Shown: one piece after another, positions 56,928 through 64,000 of the stretch | How the letters are laid out: each line of letters starts with the position of its first letter | How positions within the stretch are numbered: position 1 is the stretch's first letter | From: an uncultured Verrucomicrobiae bacterium | Lineage (GTDB): Bacteria > Verrucomicrobiota > Verrucomicrobiia > Limisphaerales > Palsa-1400 | Direction of reading: 5' to 3' | Length of the DNA stretch: 64,000 nt | Assembly (NCBI GenBank): GCA_963764165.1 | Contig: CAVXRD010000001.1 | Coordinates: 736,001-800,000, forward strand | The notes under the pieces: generated by a model | The model's input: only the letters and a program-made list of their open reading frames with translations | Database searches by the model: none | What the model was told of the DNA's origin: nothing | Made by a program: the position numbers and the translations under genes

Positions 56928-58994
56928 CTACCAGACGTGCGCCCTCAAGTTCGGCTCGCGCCACATGGGGTCGCCGGGCTTGATGTTGAAGGCGTCGAAG
57001 AATTGCTGGTAGTTGACCAGCGGCCCCACGGCCCGGAAACGGCCCGGTGAATGCGGGTCGACCGTCACCAAACGCTTCGCTTCCGCGTCGCGGATGTTCG
57101 TCCGCCAGATCTGCGAAAACGAAATGAAGAACCGCTGCTCAGGAGTGAAGCCGTCGATGTTTTTCCGCTTCGACGGGTCCTTGGCCAGAAGGCGCTCCAG
57201 TGCGTCATAGGCGATGCTCACTCCACCGAGGTCGGCGAGATTTTCGCCGAGCGTCAATTTGCCATTCACATGCACGCCGGGCAGCGCTTCGAAGGCGTCG
57301 TATTCGTTGACGACTTTTTCCGCGCGGGCATCGAATTCTTTGGAGTCCTTGTCCGTCCACCATTCGCTCAGGTTTCCTTCCGCGTCGTACTTGCGCCCTT
57401 CGTCGTCATAGCCGTGGGTGATTTCGTGGCCGATGACCACGCCGATGGCGCCGTAATTGACCGCATCGTCCTCGCTCAAATCAAAGAATGGCGGCTGCAA
57501 AATTCCGGCCGGGAAAACGATTTCATTCATCGATGGATTGAAATAAGCATTCACCGTTTCAGGTGTCATGCCCCATTCCGTGCGATCCACCGTTTGGCCA
57601 AGGCGCGCATTTTCCCGATGCTCCTCGAAGGCTGCCGCGCGCCGGACGTTCCCGAGATAATCGTTGCGCTTAATTTTAACAGATGAATAATCGCGGAACT
57701 TGTCGGGGTATCCAATCTTCTGGGTGAAGCGGTCGAATTTTGCCAGCGCCTTGGCGCGGGTTTCATCGGTCATCCACTCCACTTTTTCGAGGTGATCGCG
57801 GAAGACGGCGCGCAGATTATCCACCAGGTCCGTCATCCTCGTCTTGGCTGCCGCCGGGAAATATTTTTCCACGTAAAGCTGGCCCAGGGCTTCGCCGATG
57901 TTGCGGTCGATTGCGTGGAAGGCGCGTTTCCACCGCGGCTCCTGCTCTGGCTGCCCGCTTAAAGTCTTGCCGAAGAAATTGAAGTTCTCCTGCTCCACCT
58001 CCGCGAACAAATAAGGCGCCGCCGCATGCAAAACATGCCAGCGCAGATACGTCTGCCAATCGGAAATCGGGCGTTCCTTGACCATTTTGCTGACAGCCTC
58101 GAAAAATTCCGGCTGACCGACGATTTCATAAGCCGCGCCCGACAAGGAGCGCTCCGACAAATACACATTCCACATGATGCCCGGCGTTTTCGCAATCAGC
58201 TCCGCCGTGGTGAATTTGTTGTAATTCTTGTTTGGATCGCGCAGGTCAACGCGGCTGCGGCTGGCTTTGGCCAATTCCGTTTCCAAATCCATCACCGTCG
58301 CAGCGTCTTTGGCCGCAGCCTCCGGCAATTCGCCAAGGAGCGTGAGCATCTTGGTGACGTGCTCAAGGTAAGCCTTCCGCTGCGTTTCAAAGCTGTCCTT
58401 CAGATAGTAATCGCGATCCGGCAGCGAGAGCCCGCCCTGATCAAATCCCAGCGCATAAATCGTGCTCTGACGCGCATCCGGACCGACACCCGCGTTGAAA
58501 ATGCCACCGAGCCCTGTGTCATGGAAATGCGCCACGAGCTTGAACAAATCTTCGGCCGTTTTGATTTTTTTGATCTTATTCAAATCCGGCTCAATCGGTT
58601 TGAAGCGCAATTTCTCCAGCGTGTTTGTATCCATCGCCGAGATGTAAAAATCGCCCACTTCGGCTTTCACGGACCCTTTGGGATTTTTCGTGGCGGCGGC
58701 GTCTTCGAGCAGAGCGTGGATCAGAAAGGTATTGCGTTCCGCCAACTGGGTGAAGCTGGCCCAGCGCGCCTTGTCGGCGGGAACGGGATTATTCTTGACC
58801 CAATTGCCATCGGCGAATTGGTAGAAATCCGCCCCCGGACTGACCGACTTGTCCATGTAATCGACGGAGAAGGCGGGCACCGGCGGTTCCGCGCCCACGG
58901 GAGCCAGCGGTTCCGCGGCGACAGACAAAGCAGCCAGCGCCGCAGCGGCTCCGGCCCATTTCATTTTGATTTCAGGAAACGGCATAAAATTCAT
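56928..58994 (-). CDS. M13 (neprilysin/PepO-like) metallopeptidase
   Basis: DFYQFADGNW, VNAYFNP, GHEITHGYD, GENLAD and DPHSP; start uncertain (58964-58994). Confidence 0.93.
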   Translation of the reverse strand: MNFMPFPEIKMKWAGAAAALAALSVAAEPLAPVGAEPPVPAFSVDYMDKSVSPGADFYQFADGNWVKNNPVPADKARWASFTQLAERNTFLIHALLEDAAATKNPKGSVKAEVGDFYISAMDTNTLEKLRFKPIEPDLNKIKKIKTAEDLFKLVAHFHDTGLGGIFNAGVGPDARQSTIYALGFDQGGLSLPDRDYYLKDSFETQRKAYLEHVTKMLTLLGELPEAAAKDAATVMDLETELAKASRSRVDLRDPNKNYNKFTTAELIAKTPGIMWNVYLSERSLSGAAYEIVGQPEFFEAVSKMVKERPISDWQTYLRWHVLHAAAPYLFAEVEQENFNFFGKTLSGQPEQEPRWKRAFHAIDRNIGEALGQLYVEKYFPAAAKTRMTDLVDNLRAVFRDHLEKVEWMTDETRAKALAKFDRFTQKIGYPDKFRDYSSVKIKRNDYLGNVRRAAAFEEHRENARLGQTVDRTEWGMTPETVNAYFNPSMNEIVFPAGILQPPFFDLSEDDAVNYGAIGVVIGHEITHGYDDEGRKYDAEGNLSEWWTDKDSKEFDARAEKVVNEYDAFEALPGVHVNGKLTLGENLADLGGVSIAYDALERLLAKDPSKRKNIDGFTPEQRFFISFSQIWRTNIRDAEAKRLVTVDPHSPGRFRAVGPLVNYQQFFDAFNIKPGDPMWREPNLRAHVW

Positions 58995-59215
58995 TTCGAT
59001 TCGCAGGGCAGAATAGGCGACTTCCCCCTGCCTGTCATCCGCTAAATTGGCAAGCGTCCGGGGGCCCGAATAATATAAAACTGAACAGAAGTTTTTCATG
59101 GACAGCGTCCACCACCCATGATGAAAAGCTATTTCACGGGAGGAAGACCGAGGGAACGGACATGATCCCGCCAAGGCGGACTCTGTTCTCTCCGCTTTTC
59201 TCCCGTTCAATTTCC

Positions 59216-59415
59216 AAGCCGCAACAGTGCAGTTGAAATTGGGGAACGAGGTCGTCTCGAACGCCGCCTTCGGCGTCCGGCCGAAGACATCTGACGCTTC
59301 TGATAAATCACCGAAAGGCGGACCCACATCTTCCGCCAGAGCCAGTCGGCGGGATGCCGACAGGAGGCGGCCGAGACGGTCGCGCTACCCTTCTCAAATG
59401 CATTGTTGCGGCTAA
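59216..59415. repeat. ~200-bp palindromic element, family D
   Basis: AAGCCGCAACAGTGCA ... TGCATTGTTGCGGCTAA; homologous to 45672. Confidence 0.8.
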
Positions 59416-59428
59416 GGCCGGCGGGTTC

Positions 59429-60940
59429 TTAGCGTATCTTCAATTCCGCGCGGATTCTCTCTTCACACTTCGGGCATACGCCGTGGGAGAATTCGGCGTG
59501 GGTGTGGTTGCCGACATATTCCTCGACGCTTTGCCAAAATCCTTGATCCGAGCGGATGTTTTTGCACCAGGCGCAGATTGGAATCATCCCGGAGAGGGTT
59601 TTTACTTCCGCCAGGGCCTTTTGCAACTCAGCGATGAGCTTTTCCCTTTCAACTTCGGCCTGGTGGCGCAGTTTTCTCTGGTGGCTCGCCATGTAGTAGG
59701 CGGCGAGCAACAGCACCACTGCCATCCCGCTGCCAAAAATAAGCAGCCGCGAAACGCCGCGAAAATCGTCTTGTTCCCGGTTGTCACGCGTGAACAGCAA
59801 CGATTTCTCCTCCTCGTTAAACGCCCTCAGGGTGCTGTTGGCCTCGACAGCCGCCGCACGGCTCTGGCGTTGAGCATCTGAACCCATCGCCGCGCCCACG
59901 CCCGAACGGCGGAAGATGGCAAGCGTCCGCTCATCGGCAGCGAGTTCGCTGTCCACCGCGCCGGACAATTTTGCCAGCCGCTGCGACTGCAATGAGTTGT
60001 CGACCGTCAATGCAGCCAGTTCCTTGAACCGCTTTTTCTCCGCATGAATTGTAGCGCTATAGGACTCCAGGGCGTTTGTGTCCCCCGAGATGACGTAGCT
60101 TCGCAGCCACCGCTGGATATCTGAAATATCCTCCTCCAGGGCCTGCGCCGTCAGGATCACGTCAAACGTGTGCTTTCTCAGGGCGGTCGCGTTCTGCAAT
60201 TCAAAGGTTCCATTGCCTGCCACAATCGCGATCATGATCATTAGCGCCACCGAGCCGCTGACCGGCAGCAAATGCCGGAAATCGAAGTCCTCAATTCGCG
60301 CCGCCTGCAAAACCCATGTCATCATCCCGATCCCCAGCAATACAAAAAGCGTCGCGGTATGAATCGCCATCTGCGAATACGCGCCCCAGCCATAGGCCGC
60401 CGAAATGCCGACCACGTATCCCACCAGCGCCACGCACGCGATCTCGGCGACGACACAGGCCAGAATTCCCACACAGGTCATCACCGTTTGCCGGGCGCGC
60501 CTGGCTTGGGCCAGCATCAATCCCCCGCCGATAAAAATAAAACACACCGCCGTAAGCGGCGACATCCGGCCCGGAAACCTCGAAGCCGGGGCCAGATAGT
60601 GGGTGGAAAAAAACTGGTCGATCCCAAAATTCCTTCCCAGAAGATACTCAAGCCAGGTCAACAGCGAAAGAAACGCCGCCAAGCCACCCAGCCATGCGCC
60701 CAAAAACTTCCGAGCGCCCGCCACGAAAAACAGCGCGGCTCCGCAAAGGATGAAGCAAAGAGCCGTGTTGTACTGAATGGGCGCCGCGTCCGGAATCATC
60801 TTCAGGAACCACGTCCAATGCGCGTGCCAGCCTGCGACGGCAAGCGCGCCGCAAGCTGCGGTCACCGCGCCAGCCACACGCGCAAAACGATGAAGCGGCA
60901 GGGCATTTGCGATGGCCTTATTTTCGTTGGAACCGGACAT
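59429..60940 (-). CDS. multi-TM CHASE3 sensor with Cys/His C-terminal domain and no kinase
   Basis: About 7 TM helices, CHASE3-like HT..V...R.Y.ISGD, one further TM, tail LSGMIPICAWCKNIR...FSHGVCPKC. Confidence 0.8.
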   Translation of the reverse strand: MSGSNENKAIANALPLHRFARVAGAVTAACGALAVAGWHAHWTWFLKMIPDAAPIQYNTALCFILCGAALFFVAGARKFLGAWLGGLAAFLSLLTWLEYLLGRNFGIDQFFSTHYLAPASRFPGRMSPLTAVCFIFIGGGLMLAQARRARQTVMTCVGILACVVAEIACVALVGYVVGISAAYGWGAYSQMAIHTATLFVLLGIGMMTWVLQAARIEDFDFRHLLPVSGSVALMIMIAIVAGNGTFELQNATALRKHTFDVILTAQALEEDISDIQRWLRSYVISGDTNALESYSATIHAEKKRFKELAALTVDNSLQSQRLAKLSGAVDSELAADERTLAIFRRSGVGAAMGSDAQRQSRAAAVEANSTLRAFNEEEKSLLFTRDNREQDDFRGVSRLLIFGSGMAVVLLLAAYYMASHQRKLRHQAEVEREKLIAELQKALAEVKTLSGMIPICAWCKNIRSDQGFWQSVEEYVGNHTHAEFSHGVCPKCEERIRAELKIR

Positions 60941-61134
60941 GAATCGGCATTAGACTGCAAACCAATCAGGGCGCAAAGTCGAGCTTTATCCGTGCGTGTC
61001 AGAGGGCGCGTCCAGCCATGTGAGAAAGTGGCATAGCCGTCCCGGCTCGGCTGATTCTCTTGATTCAGCGGCGGGACGCCGCTGCCACTCTGTTCGAGAG
61101 GATTTTGACCTGCACCCATTGCCAAACGAGTCAA

Positions 61135-61545
61135 ATGAACATCCGATACGAAACCTCCAGACAAATCAGCCCAGCCGAGTTTGTCGGGCTTCTCAAACGG
61201 TCGACGCTGGCCGAAAGGCGGCCGGTGGATGATCCGATCTGCATCGAGGCCATGCTCCGGCACGCCAATCTTCTTTGCACGGCTTGGGATGGCGAGACGC
61301 TGGTTGGAGTGGCGCGGTCGGTCACGGATTTCGAGTATTGCTGTTACCTTTCGGATTTGGCCGTTGATGAAAAATACCAAAAGCAAGGCATTGGCAAAGA
61401 GCTGATTCGGCTGACCCAATCAAAGCTCGGCCCCAGGGCGAAGCTTATTCTCTTATCCGCGCCAAAGGCTGAATCGTATTACCCCAAAATTGGATTCGAC
61501 GCGCATCGTTCCGCCTGGATTTTGGCGGCGAATAAACGCATTTGA
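61135..61545 (+). CDS. GNAT N-acetyltransferase
   Basis: LVGVARSVTDF, YLSDLAVD..YQKQGIG and YYPKIGF. Confidence 0.9.
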   Translation: MNIRYETSRQISPAEFVGLLKRSTLAERRPVDDPICIEAMLRHANLLCTAWDGETLVGVARSVTDFEYCCYLSDLAVDEKYQKQGIGKELIRLTQSKLGPRAKLILLSAPKAESYYPKIGFDAHRSAWILAANKRI

Positions 61546-61670
61546 CTGCAGATTCAGTGGAATAATCGCGTGGTCTTCCAGCATGCAGCAACGGCCTGCC
61601 CAACAATCCCGCAGGGATTGAGAAGTTGGCGTCCAGCTCGAATTCCGCCGAAAACAGCGATGAACCAAAT

Positions 61671-62099
61671 TTATTTGTCCCTCAGCAGCCAGTTCAATTT
61701 CAATTTCTCAGCCAAGCCCAATAGAATCGAAGTCGTGGGCGGCTTTACCAAATAATAATTAGCTCCCAATTCCTTCGCCCTTCTCAAATCCGAAGGCTCC
61801 TCGGATGAAGAGAGAATGACGATCACCACACTGCTCAGGCTGGGTTCGCCGCGCGCCCAAGCCAGGACTTCCAATCCGCTGACAAATGGGAGTTTCAAAT
61901 CCAGGAAAATAACAAAGGGCAGCGGGTTGGATTGCCGGTCGCTGAACCTGCCTTTTCCCGCGAGGTAATTCATCGCCTCCTGGCCATCCTCGGCCAGGGC
62001 CAGGGGATTTGAGATTCCCGCCAGCTTCAACGCGCGCGTCATCAGGAAGACATCATCCTCGTTGTCTTCCACCAGCAAAATGGTTGGCGCGCCGCTCAT
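61671..62099 (-). CDS. single-domain response regulator (Rcp1-like)
   Basis: LLVEDNEDD, FLDLKLP and GANYYLVKP; ATGA overlap with the kinase. Confidence 0.92.
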   Translation of the reverse strand: MSGAPTILLVEDNEDDVFLMTRALKLAGISNPLALAEDGQEAMNYLAGKGRFSDRQSNPLPFVIFLDLKLPFVSGLEVLAWARGEPSLSSVVIVILSSSEEPSDLRRAKELGANYYLVKPPTTSILLGLAEKLKLNWLLRDK

Positions 62100-64000
62100 T
62101 CCGCCGATTTCAGCATCACCCAAAAGCGGCTTCCCTTGTTCAATTCCGATTCGACTCCCGCCGATCCGCCCATGCGTTCCGCCGATTTTTTGACGATGGC
62201 GAGGCCAATGCCGGTGCCTTCATAGCGTTTCTCGGGATAGATGCGTCCAAAAATTTGAAAGATTCTCTGATGATGCTGTGGGTCAATTCCTATTCCGTTG
62301 TCCGCGAACCAAAGGCGGACGTCGGAACCGATTCTTTCGGCGGAGATGCGAACTTCCGGAAACACGTTTGGGTTTGAAAATTTCACCGCGTTGCCCAGGA
62401 GATTGGAAACAATTTGGGTCAGCAGCGCTTCATGGGCCATCACCGGAATCAGCGGAGAAACCTCGACTCGTATTTTGCCGGGGCCAAGATTCGGATAATT
62501 CTGCACAATTTCCGAGATGACCGCCCCAACGTCAACGGCCTTGAATTCGATTTCGCCTTTTGCAATCCGGCTGTAGGCCAGCACATCGCGAATGAGCAAA
62601 TCCAATCGGAACGCGGCCCGGTGGATTCTTTGGAGGTGATGGGCTGCTTCGGGATCAAGCTTGTCCTTGTAATCCTCCAGCAATGCGTCGGCATACCCTT
62701 GCATCGCCCGCAGCGGCGCGCGCATGTCATGAGAAATCGTGTAGGAGAACGCTTCCAATTCCAGGATGGTTTCCTTCAGCCTGGCCGTCCGCTGCTGCAC
62801 GGTGTCTTCGAGCACTTGGTTTTGCGCCGCCAGCGCGAGGCGGGCTTCGATCAGGGCTTGGGCGGCCCGCTTGCGTTCCGTGATGTCCTGCACGACGCCA
62901 ACCATTCCAATGACCTTGCCGTCGGAACCGTAAATGCCGCGCCCCCGGGTAGCGACCCATCGCTCCCCGGCAACGTGCGTGTTGAGCGCATATTCAATAT
63001 TGTAATCGGAGTGCGTGGCCAGCGCATGCTGCGAAGCGGCCCTTGACCGGTCACGATCCTTTGGATGCACCAATTCACGGACTCCTTCCCAGGTCCAATG
63101 CGTAATCTCCTTTGCTTGCCCGAAGATCACCGAACCGCGCTCGCTCAAGGTAAGGATTTGAGTGCCCGCGTCCCAGCTCCAATCGCCAAGATCCCCAGCG
63201 TCAAGGGCCAGGTGCAAACGCTGGGCGTTTTCCGCCGCGGCGATTTCGGATAGCTTGTGCCTTGTGATGTCCAGGCACGCGCCTGTCATATGGGTGGGCC
63301 GGCCCGCGTGGTCGAAAAACATTTTGCCCTTGTCATGGAGCCAGTGCGTGCTGCCATCCCGCCAAACCACGCGGTAAGACATGTCAAAATCCCGCCCTTC
63401 CCGCGCGCAACACCGGCACATTTCCACCACGCCCTCGCGGTCTTCCGGATGAACAGCGGCCACGAAATTGTCAAGCGAACGAATCGTTTCGTGCGGGGCC
63501 AGTCCAAAGAGCCTGTCCAGGTTCTCGTCCCATTCCAGGGAATTGTCGCCAATGTTCCATCGAAATGTGCCCGCGCCCGCGGCATTCAGCGCGGCCTGCA
63601 ATCGCTCACCCGTCTCACGGAGGTCTGCCTCCACCTTTTTGCGAATGCGCGAGAGCTTCACGTGGGCGTTGACGCGCGCCAGCAGCTCGCGCGCGCTGAA
63701 GGGCTTTGTCAGATAATCATCAGCCCCGGCATCGGTGCCTTCCAGCCGGGATTCCTCGCCGGCGCGGGCGGAAAGCAGAATGACAGGAATGCCCCGCAGC
63801 GAAGCATCGTTCCTCAAATGCTTGAGCAGTCCGAACCCGTCCAGCTCCGGCATCATCACATCGGTCAAGACCAGATCGGGCGGATTTCTCCTCGCCGCTT
63901 CCAGCGCGAGCGCGCCGTTGGAAACGGCCTTCACGGCATATTCCTTTCCGAGCAATCGCAGGATGTATTCGCGCAAATCCCCGTTGTCTTCCGCCAGAAG
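62096..64000 (-). CDS. hybrid sensor histidine kinase REC-PAS-PAS-HisKA-HATPase (5' truncated by window)
   Basis: LTDVMMP receiver, two PAS/PAC domains, SHDMRAPLR, NAVKF, DNGIGI and GTGIGLA. Confidence 0.93.
   Translation of the reverse strand, partial: LLAEDNGDLREYILRLLGKEYAVKAVSNGALALEAARRNPPDLVLTDVMMPELDGFGLLKHLRNDASLRGIPVILLSARAGEESRLEGTDAGADDYLTKPFSARELLARVNAHVKLSRIRKKVEADLRETGERLQAALNAAGAGTFRWNIGDNSLEWDENLDRLFGLAPHETIRSLDNFVAAVHPEDREGVVEMCRCCAREGRDFDMSYRVVWRDGSTHWLHDKGKMFFDHAGRPTHMTGACLDITRHKLSEIAAAENAQRLHLALDAGDLGDWSWDAGTQILTLSERGSVIFGQAKEITHWTWEGVRELVHPKDRDRSRAASQHALATHSDYNIEYALNTHVAGERWVATRGRGIYGSDGKVIGMVGVVQDITERKRAAQALIEARLALAAQNQVLEDTVQQRTARLKETILELEAFSYTISHDMRAPLRAMQGYADALLEDYKDKLDPEAAHHLQRIHRAAFRLDLLIRDVLAYSRIAKGEIEFKAVDVGAVISEIVQNYPNLGPGKIRVEVSPLIPVMAHEALLTQIVSNLLGNAVKFSNPNVFPEVRISAERIGSDVRLWFADNGIGIDPQHHQRIFQIFGRIYPEKRYEGTGIGLAIVKKSAERMGGSAGVESELNKGSRFWVMLKSAE

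Overview
GC-rich bacterial chromosomal window. Gene content and repeat style point to Verrucomicrobiota, probably Pedosphaera/Limisphaera-like (inference). About 50 CDS, mostly housekeeping or envelope genes: hisG, an AspC-type aminotransferase, priA, larE, rex, lctP, a MoxR/DUF58 cluster, three ECF sigma loci, a Ycf46-type AAA ATPase, a sialate O-acetylesterase, an EEP nuclease, a tandem TMK-like pair with ROK, Ppx and a beta-CASP MBL, an orphan kdpE with a porin, an MFS/NagZ pair, a MazF-type TA pair, system II cytochrome c maturation genes, an M13 peptidase and two-component genes. Two genes absent from the ORF track were found by hand: a TPR lipoprotein running off the left end and a 33-aa bS22/mS38-like basic protein. 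Intergenic DNA is rich in REP-like doublets, MITE-like elements and 9-11 bp periodic repeats. A ~3 kb accessory patch (28.4-31.7 kb) lies between two copies of the EEP gene 3' end and holds a complete IS1182 inserted in a REP hairpin. A MITE family nests inside itself near 45 kb. Candidate Rex and KdpE operators are visible. I saw no tRNA, rRNA or CRISPR array. All family calls come from motif recognition by eye, not database searches.
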